A DNA stretch of 62,936 nucleotides, the filler included, from Octopus bimaculoides (taxonomy: Eukaryota): the NCBI RefSeq assembly GCF_001194135.2. It is 7 parts of 5 records of this genome, joined end to end, with 100 filler letters (N's around TTAATTAATTAA, not from the genome) between each part and the next. Parts side by side here need not be neighbours in the genome. Positions count along the whole stretch, not along the records: positions 6,371 to 20,429 come from NC_069000.1; positions 20,530 to 29,154 come from NC_068999.1; 5 more parts are not named here. One strand, given 5' to 3'. A model generated the notes under the pieces. It did no database searches. It saw only the letters and a list, made by a program, of their open reading frames with translations, and was not told where the DNA came from. Made by a program: the position numbers and the translations under genes. Of this stretch, positions 12,779 through 24,664 are shown one piece after another (the stretch's first letter is position 1; each line of letters opens with the position of its first letter).

Positions 12779-14539
12779 GTAAGTATTAGATTTGTTTGTT
12801 TTTTTAAATTTTATTGTCTTCTGTTTTTGTGTGGCTCCAGACTAAACCTGATCAAGCATATCTTTGATTTGGAATATTTTTCCAAATGATTTGTAAAGAT
12901 GGTTGGGTATAATTTGAGGAAGTGTGGGTGCTGTGTACCACACAAAAGCTCCTTCACTGGATTCTTTTTGCCAGTATTTAATGCTGAAGATAAGATAAGA
13001 TTCTGCATAATGCAATCCAGAGCTTCGTATTTCATATCTTGTCAGCTGTATTCTGTTGTTCTGATTGTTCAGTTGATTATTGACAGATTACAATATCCTC
13101 CACTCACAACTATTATCATTCTTGACAAGCAAATACATCATATATTGTTGAACTATTTGAATTCGGTACAAATATTTCTCTTCTGTTGTTGGTTGTGATA
13201 ACAAGACATTTTGTGTAACAATGAATTAAATATATTTGTATTTAAAATTTCAACTGAATTTCATGTTCTTGCATTCATCAATATCAACTCAACCAAATAA
13301 TTTCACTGGTGATAACCCAAAACAAATATACCTTATTGTTACAAACATCTGTACACTTAACATAATCTTCAAGCAGAATAAGCATAAATCCATGTGACAA
13401 GAGTGTGGAGAGCAGATATGAAAGCAAGGAGATGATGTGTTGGATGTGAGAATAAAGGGAAGGGGTGAGTGATGAACCGTTGCAGGGATGGAAGTCAAAG
13501 ATACATGAGGATGGCTATAGTAAGTGGGAAAACAAGGGAAGGGAGATCAATGGCAGATATGAAGTATTGTGAATGATAGCAGATAGGAGTTAAAGATGAG
13601 GTTGGCAGACCTAAGATGTTGCTAAAAGGGGAGTTAAAAGTTTTATGTGTTACGGTCAGGGAGTGAATACTATATCTTAATTACAATGTTTTCGATCGTA
13701 AGTTATAACAAATATTATTGTTTCTTAATTAAAAGCTATGATGATAATCTCATTACTTATAACTTAATTATAAATATTTATCACTAAGTATAACTCTTAT
13801 TTTAGGCTGTGTAAATGTTATGATGTATACATACCAAGACGCTGAATGTGCGTTCAATACGTACATGTATGTTGAAGATATAGATTCGTATTCTTTTGAC
13901 CGTTACATAAAAAGATACAGTTTCATAAATATACAGAAATAAATTCAACAAGTTGAAAGAAACGAGAAGTAAAAAGAATTAAAATTCTACATTAGTTTAT
14001 TATGTACATTTAGCTTTTATAGAACTATTAGAAATAAAGTCATTTTGTTGTAGTGAATTATGACTTAAAATTTACACTAACTAATCTTTCATTCTAACTA
14101 CTAGAGTTCACAACAATTCAATATTGTTGGAATTGAGTATTGAACATGGCATAAATATTAGCTGATACTCAAGAGGGTGAGTGTCGTGGATTTGAGTGAC
14201 AACCCAACGATCACTGGAGAGTTTCCAGAAAATCAGGGTTTTTATAACTGCTCATACATGAATTCTAGAACCGTACTTCGTGAAATATTTCCTTAATGAA
14301 AGTTCAGAATTCGTATATGGGCAGAAATTTTCAACCAATGAGAGAAATCAATAATTTCTCCTGTTCAGGCAAACGAACCTACGTTCTCTCTCCGCCTCTT
14401 ATGAGTTTGCTACAAAAGCATAGAAAGTGGGTGATCAGTCAAAAGTAGTAGTATGGACAGAGAAAATAATGAGAATGAGGGATGGATTTTAAAAAGAAGT
14501 GGTTCTAGGGGCTGTAGGAGGTAGTTGGTAGTGCAAAAG

Positions 14540-15490
14540 TGGGGATGAAATGTTGCTGATCCTACTCTCAAATGATTACATTGTCAAAAGAATGATGGAG
14601 GGTTAGATGTTAGGAGGATGTGGGAGAAATGCTTGATGCAGGCAGATTGGGTGCAAGACCCAGCACATACTGGCGCTGTGATGGATGGGCCTTTCAAGCA
14701 CAGCAAATTGTCAACTCTTTTGGTCCTTTGTAATCTCTTTCATGGGATTCAGTATCTTGAGGTCAGATCTCAGCACTTCATTTTATACCTTCCTGAATTT
14801 TTTTCTCTCACAAGTTCTATCCACTTTAAGTAATTGGCACTTCTTTGTACAGCTGTCCTCATCCATATGCATCACATGACCAAACCATCACAATCCTCTC
14901 TTTCATTCTACATCTGATTCCTCTTATGCTTAATTCTTCTCTCAATACATTAGCACTTTGTCATACATGCACACTGACATTATACACCCAATGGCACATC
15001 CTAACATCATTCCTCTATTGCCTTCACAAATCCTCTGCATTCAGGGCCCATGTCTCACTACCATATAGCATTGCTGATCATACACATGCATCATACAAAC
15101 TACCTTTCACTTGTTGCCAATGGAGGTTTTAACTCTCTGAACTTTCTCCATCCCACTCTTATTCTAGCAAGTATACTTTCTACACATCTTCCAATACTAA
15201 TTAGTTCACCTAGGTAACAGAAACTACTCACTCTATTTCCTTTGTATCCTTGGTGTTTATTGCTCTTGCACATCTTTCATATACAAAAACTACTTTCTCT
15301 ACTAACCTCCCTGCGATTTCTTTACACCTCTTGTATGTTCATATCTTGCACTGAATATACCGTATGGAATTCCTGGCTACACTTTTCATACATATTGAGC
15401 AGGGCCATTTATCTGAAGGGAGTAGAGTCCTGTCTATGTTCCTATCCACTAGAACTTTGGACTTTGTTAGCTTTAAGTAGTCTTCATGTG
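14540..15490 (-). mobile_element. Degraded RTE LINE, RT C-terminus and 3'UTR
   Basis: TKSKVLV...WPCSIC and GSETWA-like segments with stops and frameshifts. Confidence 0.8.
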
Positions 15491-16300
15491 TGGCAGATGT
15501 GCAGGTATAATAAACATTAGGAATGTGCAGAATAAAGATTCCCACAAATGTCTAGGGGAATCCTTAGAAGTAGTCGATGGTTTCTGTGATCAAGTTAGCA
15601 GTGGGGGAGGAAGCTCTGAAAGTGTAGTTGCTGAAATAAGAATGGGCTGGGCAAAATTCAAAGCTATTGCCTTTGTTGGTAACAAAGGGCCTCTCCCTCA
15701 GAGTGAAATGCAGATTGTATGATGCCTGTGTAACTACATGGTAATTAGAAATAGGTTGTGACTACTGAGGACAGGCAATGACTTGAAAGAAATGAAGCAA
15801 GCATGCTCCACTGGATGGGTAATGTTAGTGTGCATCTAGGACAGAGTGTAAATGATTTAAGAGAAAAATTGGGTATAAGAGATATCAGATGCAGTGTGCA
15901 AGAAAGAAGACTATATGGATGAGGACAACTGCATCAAGAGGTCTTGCTCTCTAATTGCAGAGGAAACATGTGGAAGAGGTAGTCCCAGGAAGACGTGGGA
16001 TGAAGTGGTAAGAAAGGATCTTCAGATGTTGGGCCTCACTGAAGAGATGACAATGAACCAAAACTTTTAGTAATTTGCTGTGCTTGAGAAGACACATCAA
16101 GCTAAGTAAAATCATGGCCATCTATACATACAGACATGTCCCTCTATCACCGAGGGCTTGCAGGTGCTGGTGCCATGTAAAATGCACCGGTGTTGGTTCC
16201 ATGTAAAAACTGTCTGTGCTGGTGCCATATAAAAAGTATCCATTTAGAGCCACAAAGAAAGCACGCATGGCCAGTGCCGGTGCAATGTAAAAGCACTTGA
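15481..16300 (+). mobile_element. Degraded RTE LINE 3' portion (different 3'UTR subfamily)
   Basis: CGRCAG...EVVDGFCDQVSSGGGSSESVVAEIRMGWAKF; 3'UTR has ~27-bp gtgctggtgccatgtaaaa repeats. Confidence 0.85.
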
Positions 16301-16415
16301 AATCCTGCCCCTGCTGATTTTGTTTTTCAGAATTAATCCAAAGCTGATAAAGTAGTCACTAGACTGGGATCAATACAGCATTTTTTTTTTTGTAGTCATC
16401 ATTACTGTTGCTACA

Positions 16416-16632
16416 AAGGCAGCGAGCTGGCAGAATCAGTAGAATGCGGGGCAAAATGCTTAGTGGCATTTCGTCTGTCTTTATGTTCTAAATTCAAATT
16501 CAGCTGAGGTCGATTTTGCCTTTCATCCTTTCGGGGTCAATAAATTAAGTACCACTTGCGTACTGGGGTCGATTTAATTGACTGACCCCTCCCCCCAAGT
16601 TTCAGGCTTTGTGCTTATAGTAGAAAGGATTA
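16416..16632 (+). mobile_element. SINE family A
   Basis: gcgagctggcagaa head; box B-like segment; ccttgtgc...agtagaaagg tail variant. Confidence 0.85.
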
Positions 16633-17562
16633 TTACTGCTGCTACTGACAATGATGATGATGGTGGTGGTGCTGCCACTGACTATTATGATTTTACTGCT
16701 TTTAGTCATTGCCTTATGCCAAAGTATAGATTTTAAAAGATTCTAAGGCATGTTTTCTTTGTTTCTTTTATAATATATATATATAAATTTTAATTTTTAA
16801 TTTNNNNNNNNNNNNNNNNNNNNNNNNNNNNNNNNNNNNNNNNNNNNNNNNNNNNNNNNNNNNNNNNNNNNNNNNNNNNNNNNNNNNNNNNNNNNNNNNN
16901 NNNNNNNNNNNNNNNNNNNNNNNNNNNNNNNNNNNNNNNNNNNNNNNNNNNNNNNNNNNNNNNNNNNNNNNNNNNNNNNNNNNNNNNNNNNNNNNNNNNN
17001 NNNNNNNNNNNNNNNNNNNNNNNNNNNNNNNNNNNNNNNNNNNNNNNNNNNNNNNNNNNNNNNNNNNNNNNNNNNNNNNNNNNNNNNNNNNNNNNNNNNN
17101 NNNAAAACTTCTTTTTTTCTGGTTAATGTTTCATGAACTACATTATCTAATGTGCCCATTTTTTTTTTTAAAGAAAAATGATCAGGTGTAGTACAAGGGA
17201 GAATTGACAGCTATTTCTAGCAGGCAGAACAAGAGTGGGGAATATTTTTAGTGCTAGGGATGAATTATAAGTACATAAAAGTCTATATGGCCACATCTGT
17301 ACTATGTAAAATAATGAATATTTAAATTTACAAACTCATAGCTCAATTACTGTTTTAGTTTTAAGGTTTAAGCCACTTTTAGCATATAGGTTTTTAGAGA
17401 CTTCATCAATGATTTCAAATTTGAATGTGAGTCAGAATCTTGCAAGCCTGGTAGCTTGCCACTCCTGATGTAAAATTTCACCAATCAGTTCTCATTTCTA
17501 AGACTGTTATTTGAATCAGCTTAACCCTTTCGTGATTATATTTCTATTTCCAGTATGTTTTT

Positions 17563-17766
17563 ATCTTTTACTTGTTTCAGTCATTAGGCTGTGGCCATGT
17601 TGGGGCACCACCTTGAACTTTTAGTCAAATGAATCAACCCTAGTACTTATTTTTTTTGTTAAACTTGGTACTCTTTTGCTGAACCACTAAGTTATGGGGA
17701 TATAAACACACCAACACCTGTTGTCAAGCAGTGGTGGTGGTGGGAACAAGCACAAAGACACACACA

Positions 17767-17802
<36 letters not shown>

Positions 17803-17972
17803 TATATACAACAGGTTTCTTTCAGTTTCCATCTACCAAATTCACTCACAAGGCTTTGGTCAACCTGAGGCAATAGTAAAAGGCACTTGCCCAAGGTCTC
17901 ATACAGTGGAACTGATCCTGGAACCATAAGGTTGGGAAGCAAACTTCTTAGCCTACAGCCATGCCTGCACCT
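17563..17972 (-). mobile_element. SINE family B
   Basis: Reverse complement of the 11106-11492 family, with an internal (CA)n tract. Confidence 0.85.
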
Positions 17973-18275
17973 ATAACTAAGATTTTGAAGGAGTGGGTTA
18001 GTGAAATAGTTATAATTTTATGCATTGTTATATATTATGTTTTGACTGACTGAAATTTCATGATATCAATCATGTTATGAAATTTTGATTGAGATTTTAA
18101 TTGAAATATGAATGATTTAACAGTCTCATATTGTGATGGTGTTTAAAGGGTTACAACTATGTAAGCTTGTTCAGTGGCCTGTTATGAAGTATAGGAATGT
18201 TGTTGTGTGTAGATGTATTCTGGCTTATAAAAGTGTCACTATTCATTAGCAGACACTAAATCAAAGATGGATCTA

Positions 18276-19690
18276 GAGAATTTGGACTAGCCTATGCTGG
18301 GGCGTGCATTCTTCACCTGGGAGGGTCTTTGTATTTAAGAGCAACCCTCCATCCCGTTGTCTGGTGAGGATGAAATCAATTTGGCTAGCAGAGTCACCTG
18401 ATTGATAGGTTATCAGGTGGCTGTCTGGTTTCCTGAAGTTAGTGTTGCAGATTAAAACGTTACATGCATCACAGAACTCCAGTAGCCTAGTTCCCTCGTT
18501 GATTGGGGAACCAATACTATGACCCCCTTGTACACCAGTGAAGATACCTGATTGCTGCCCAACATGCCCACAAAAATCTCCAGCCATAGGTCATTGCCAC
18601 TCGTCTTTGAGGTAGCCTGTAGAAGGGTATCATAAAAATGGTCCTTCTGNNNNNNNNNNGGTCATTGCCACTCGTCTTTGAGGTAGCCTGTAGAAGGGTA
18701 TCATAAAAATGGTCCTTCTGATCATTTGGTAGGCCTGCTTGTGGGGCGTAGGCAGAGATAATTGTAGCTATGCTGTTCTACAGGACTAGCCTAAGCTTAA
18801 GCACTCTATCACATACCCTGACAACCTCTATGACTTTATCTACCCATTTCTTCACAGGGAGTATGCCTACACCCGCCACTCCATCCGTGTTACCTTACCA
18901 GAAGATTTTGTACCTATGTGCCTTGTCTGTGAGGATCCTAGCTGAAGCTCCTCTCCATCTTACCTCTTGTATGCAGCATACATTGACACGTCTCCTTCCA
19001 AGCTTCTCTACAATCTCACTAGACCTACCTTTCAGTGTGCCTACATTGACTGTGCCAACTTTGAAAACTGGGAAAGGAATGTGGGGTGAGGCTTGGGGAG
19101 GAGAGATGTTATTCAGTTCCTGAAAAGAAGAGGGAGGTTGTCGTGTTCGTTTTTTTGGCATGCTTCATCTGTTCTCACTTCTGACCTGACATCATTCAAA
19201 CATTCAAGTGTGTTAGGATTAAGATAGCCCCTACTAGAGGTAGGATTAGGTGTTTTAGGTGTTAGCGGCATTGTGAGTATAAGCATTACGGTCATCGTAA
19301 GGGGGTGGGCGTGATTTCAGACAGAGAGAGAGAGGAAGCAAGTTCATCCATTGTGAGTACAAGCATTATGGTCATCGTAAGGGGGGGGGATGATTTCAGA
19401 CAGAGAGAGAAGAAGCAAGTTCATCCATACATACACACAAGCATGCACGCACACAGACACAGGCAAACAAGCACACGCGTACAGCTCATGAGCTGTCTCC
19501 TTCACTTGATATGTGCATGGAAAATTACTGGGTAGTTGTTGCAATATTTCTAGACGGAATGAAACGAAACGAAGGATAGTCGGTTAAGTAGGTGGGCAGC
19601 TAACCTAGTTGCGTTTTTCAGGGAGAGAGTGGGGGTGTAGGTTGTATAGAGAACAGCACCAGAGAGGAAAGGGGATTGAGAGAAGAGACA
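18276..19690 (-). mobile_element. RTE LINE 5' portion: 5'UTR and AP-endonuclease domain, 3'-truncated
   Basis: FKVGTVNVGTLKGR...VCCIQEVRW...AGDFCGHVG...SQIDFIL...QHRLV are the APE motifs of RTE ORFs; internal stops. The 5' boundary is uncertain. Confidence 0.85.
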
Positions 19691-19696
19691 TCTGGT

Positions 19697-20429
19697 AATC
19701 ATCATCATCATCATCATCATCATCATTTAACGTCCGCTTTCCATGCTAGCATGGGTTGGACGATTTGACTGAGGACTGGTGAAACCGGATGGCAACACCA
19801 GGCTCCAATCTAATTTGGCAGAGTTTCTACAGCTGGATGCCCTTCCTAACGCCAACCACTCAGAGAGTGTAGTGGATGCTTTTACGTGTCACCCGCACGA
19901 AGGCCAGTCAGGCAGTACTGGCAACGGCCACGCTCGAAATGGTGTCTTTTATGTGCCACCCGCACAAGAGCCACTCCAGGGTCACTGGCAACGATCTCGC
20001 TCGAAAATCCTACGAAGGCCAGTCAGGCGGTACTGGCAACGGCCATGCTCAAAATGGTGCATCTTATGTGCCACCTGCACAAGAGCTAGTCCGGGGGCAC
20101 TGGCAACGATCTCACTTGGCTTGCCGGGTCTTCTCACACACAGCACATTTCCAAAGGTCTCAGTCAGAAGTCATCGCCTCGGTGAGGCCCAATGTTTGAA
20201 GGTCTTGCCTCACCACCTCAGCCCAGGTCTTCCTGGGCCTACCTCTTCCACGGGTTCCCTCAACTGTAAGGGTGTGGCACTTTTCCACGCAGCTATCCTC
20301 ATCCATTCTCACCACATGTCCATACCAGCGCAATCGTCTCTCTTGCACACCACAACTGATGCTTCTAATGTTCAGCTTTTCTCTCAAGATACTTACACTC
20401 TGACGGGTATGCACACTGACGTTACACAT
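19697..20429 (-). mobile_element. Relatively young RTE LINE 3' end: ORF C-terminus, hairpin-repeat 3'UTR, (GAT)n tail
   Basis: QERRLRWYGHVVRMDEDSCVEKC...RGRGRPRKTW; runs into an assembly spacer. Confidence 0.92.
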
Positions 20430-20559
20430 NNNNNNNNNNNNNNNNNNNNNNNNNNNNNNNNNNNNNNNNNNNNTTAATTAATTAANNNNNNNNNNNNNNN
20501 NNNNNNNNNNNNNNNNNNNNNNNNNNNNNGTGTGAATGAGAGAGAGAGAGAGAATATAT

Positions 20560-20942
20560 GAGATGAACATGGAACGCCCAAAAATCGTATAAATAAAAGC
20601 ACGTTAAAAACTATCTTGTACGGAATATTGAAATTTATGAACTTCGTAAATATGTGTTTCAGTAATTGATCGTAGTAGAGAGTGAGAGACGTCGCCGTTT
20701 TTTCACGTCCGTACCGGAAGTTGACATTGAAAAACCTTTTTAAAGAAGTGAATCTTAAATATAAAGCAATATTATTTATTTTTAATTAGAGATAAAAAAA
20801 ATCAAATGAAGAGCCTAAGATTTATCCGAGGTCAAATTATTTATGTATCACAAGTATGGAAGTAAATAGTGAAGCCGTTTTCACGTGAAAAACGATTACA
20901 CACACACCTCTGTTTTATATATAGTATAGATATAGATATAGA
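20560..20942 (-). mobile_element. Helitron-type non-autonomous element, 5' end
   Basis: Minus strand starts TCTATACTATATATAAAA, a typical animal Helitron 5' end; near-identical inverted copy at 44240-44649. Confidence 0.7.
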
Positions 20943-21860
20943 TAAAGTACCCTATTCTAGTGTCTTGTAAAGTATTTTTATTGAAGACATTTATTTTGAA
21001 CTTTAGCCTTTCTGGTTCCCACCACTTATTCATGGGGACATTTTCTTTAGATCAACGTCTTACACTCGATGTAACCCTAAATATGATGTTGTTGAGCAAT
21101 TTACAATTTTTGATGTTATGTTTCCAAGGCTTGGAAGGTGATTAAAAATAAGGATTTTAGTTTTTGGTACCAACTTAGAAAGATGACATTGAAAGAGTCA
21201 CATTTAAAGGCAGAAGAAACATTATTGGTTTAGTTTCCTATTCAGTGAGCCTACAGAATTCACATCGAACTCTCCTGAGATAGTACAAAAAAAGAAAAAA
21301 AAAACTTTTCTTAAAATTAGTTAAAACTATGAGGATGATTGGCACATACACATCTAAATGAGAAGAGTACTCGCTAGCTCAGGAAACAACACTAAATATA
21401 ATATTCTAAAGTGATTACTCTGAATTACAACAAATTTCTTTTAGAATCAGGTTGTCCCAAATAGAGAAACTGTGTCCACGATCTTGTTACTATACAATCG
21501 CCCCACCACCACCACCACCACCACCACCATCATTCTAATTTCTAGCCATNNNNNNNNNNCACCACCACCACCACCACCGCTATCATTCTAATTTCTAGCC
21601 ATATCACAACAGGTCATTATTAGTTTGTTCCCTTGGTAGAAGTGGCCAACACCATGTTGTATTAAGGGAGAATAAATCATGTTTAGAAAATTAAACCAAG
21701 ATGAATTGCAAGAAAGGTATTATAATATAGTTATAAAATAGATATTATTGGGACACGACATAGAATAAATGGTCAAGGAAGTTGGTGTGATAATGAAGAT
21801 TGTTTTTTACATGGATATTTGAAAACAAAATGAGAAATGTTTTGGTAATGTATATATTTA

Positions 21861-22076
21861 AGGTGACGAGCTGGCAGAAACGTTAGCACGCCGGGGGAAA
21901 TGCTTAGCAGTATTTTGTCTGTCTTTGTGTTCTGAGTTCAAATTCTGCCGAGGTTGACTTTGCCTTTCATCCTTTCAGGGTCGATAAGTTAAGTACCAGA
22001 TGCGTACTGGAGTCGATCTAATTGACAGGCTCCCTCCCCCAAAATTTCGGGCCTTGTGCCTAGAGTAGAAAAGAAC
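21861..22076 (+). mobile_element. SINE family A
   Basis: Full head (box A/B) to tail. Confidence 0.9.
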
Positions 22077-22317
22077 GTATATATTTATTGCTCCCATCAG
22101 TTCTTGCTTTCACCCTCACACCACCACCACTAAACAGATTTAACAATATGCAAGACAATACTTGAAGAAGTAGAAATAAGGTGAGGTAACTGTCAGCTAC
22201 ACCTAAAAATGTCTTCAATTACCTATATCTATTGCTAACTTTTCAATCAGTTATCTATCTATCTGCCTGCCTGCCTGCCTGCCTGCCTACCTGTCTGTCT
22301 GTCTGTCTATCTATCTT

Positions 22318-22365
<48 letters not shown>

Positions 22366-22504
22366 CACTCTGCACAGTTTTTCCCTCTCTGTCAAAGGGC
22401 ATAGGCTTGAAATGTAAAAGACTTTTCCATTTTCCCCGAGCATTAAACTAATACACATTGTTCCTACACCTGTCTTCATTTTTTGTTTTCTGTAAATTTG
22501 GAGA

Positions 22505-24600
22505 GGAGGAGAGTCTGCCAAAGGTTGACCCAGTTGAGGGACCAGTTACCTGAATCCACAGTACCCTGGTAGATAAAGCAACTAAGGCTATGAAGACAGG
22601 GAAAGCACCTGGCCCATCAGGAATCACCGATGAGATACTTAAAATATCGGGTGGTGTGAGTTATGGTCTTGTCACCCGCATCACAAATCAGGGAGTTCAT
22701 GAAGGAGTCATACCCAATGACTCGTGTAGCAGCACCATAGTCAACTGCTACAAATGTAAAGGTGATGTTTTAGACAGAAATAACTACAGAGGTATCAAAT
22801 TATTGGATCGGGTCATGAAAGTTACAGAGAGGGTCATAGCCCAACTGATTAAGGAGAGAGTTAGCCTAGATGAGATGCAGTTTGGTTTTGTGCCAGGAAG
22901 AAGCACCACTGATGTTATGTTTCTGGTAAAGCAACTGCAGGAGAAATATCTAGCCAAAGATAAACCTCTGTACTTGGCTTTTGTTGAGTTGGAGAAATCC
23001 TTTGACAGGGTCCCCTGTTCCCTTATCTGGTGGTCAATGAGGAAACTGGGGATAGATGAGTGGTTGGTAAGAGCTGTACAAGCCCTGTACAGAGATGTTG
23101 TCAGTAAGGTGAAGGTTGGCAACGAGTATAGGTAGAAGTAGTGGCTCACCAAGGATCAGTCTTCAGCCCCTCTTATTCATCTTGTTATTGCCCTCCAGGA
23201 AATAACAAAGGCATTCAAGACGGGCTGCCCCTGGGAGCTCCTCTATGCTGATGATCTTGCTCTAATATCTGAGTTATTGCCAGAACTAGAGACGAAGTTT
23301 AGGGGGTGGAAGGAAGGACTAGAATCGAAGGGCCTTAGGGTTAACCTAGCAAAAACCAAAGACTTAATTAGGAAGGCAGACAAATCACAAACCCCTTCAG
23401 GTAGATGGCCCTGCTCGATCTGTAGAAAAGATGTGGGTATAAGCTCCATAAGATGTACCCGGTGTAAGCTACGGACACATAAGAGGTGCAACATTGGAAG
23501 ATAGTTTTTGTGTGTGGCAAGAAACACTTAAGATGTACAAAAAACAGATTCCATCACATGCCAGGGGGAAAAACTACAAGTAGTTGATAGCTTCCGTGAC
23601 CTAGGTGACCAAGTTTGTAGTGAGGGTGGTTGCTCTGAGAGTGTAGCGACTAGAATAAGAATAGCCTGGGCAAGGTTCAGGGCACTTCTACCTCTGCTGG
23701 CAACTAAGGGCCTCTTGCTCAGGATGAAAGGTAGACTGTATGATGCATGTGTGCAAACTGCCATGATACACGGCAGTGAAACATGGGCCATGATTGCAGA
23801 GGACATGCGTAGGCTTGAAAGAAATGAAGCTAGTATGATCCACTGGATGGGTAATATCAGTGTGAGCACCCTGAGAGAAAAGTTGGACATAAGAAGCATC
23901 AAATGTGGTGTGCAAGAGAGACGACTGTGCTGATATGGTCATGTGTTATGTATGGATGAGGACAGCTGTGTGAAGAAGTGTCACACCTTAATTGTGGAAG
24001 GAACCTGTGGAAGAGGTACACCCAGGAAGACATGGGATGAGGTGGTGAAGCATGACCTTCGAATGTTGGGCCTTACAGAAGCAATGACATGAGACTGAGA
24101 CCTTTGGATATANNNNNNNNNNGCAATGACATGAGACTGAGACCTTTGGAGATATGTTTTGATTGAGAAGACCTGGGAGCTAAAGTGAGATTGCAGCTAT
24201 GGCCGATGCCAGTGTTGCATGTCAATTCCTTTTGAAAGTACACTTGATGTGTCTGGCAATATGACATGTTTGAGAAGACCTGTTCAGCCCAGAAAACCCA
24301 AAAATCATAGCTGTGGGCAGTGCTCCCTGACTGGCTCCTGTGCCAGTGACACGTAAAAAGCATTATCCAAACATGAGTGATGCCAAGGCCACCTGACTGG
24401 TTCCCATGCTGGTAGCACGTAAAATGCACCCATTACACTCTCAGAGTGGTTGGCGATAAGAAGGGCGTCCAGCTGTAGAAATATTTCCAGATCAGATTGG
24501 GGCCTGGTGCAGCTACTGGCTTTCCGGACCTCAGTCAAACCGTCCAACCCATGCTAGCATGGAAAACGGACGTTAAACGATGGTGATACTGATGATGATA
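22505..24600 (+). mobile_element. 5'-truncated RTE LINE (RT domain to GAT tail), degraded
   Basis: MKTGKAPGPSGI...NYRGIKLL...QFGFVPGRSTTD...KSFDRVP...LLYADDL; frameshifts and stops. Confidence 0.93.
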
Positions 24601-24664
24601 TATCAGGTCATCCCATAAGTTCNNNNNNNNNNCGTTAAACGATGGTGATACTGATGATGATATA

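Noticed and set aside
14540-16110. Twin-priming 5' inversion of a single RTE
   Set aside because: The two halves overlap in homology and have different 3'UTRs, so they are independent insertions.
21051-21137. DQRLTLDV frame resembling the ABCD DQRISQDV motif
   Set aside because: Wrong strand relative to the ABCD4 exons, different splice phase from my recollection of the vertebrate exon, and downstream residues do not align.
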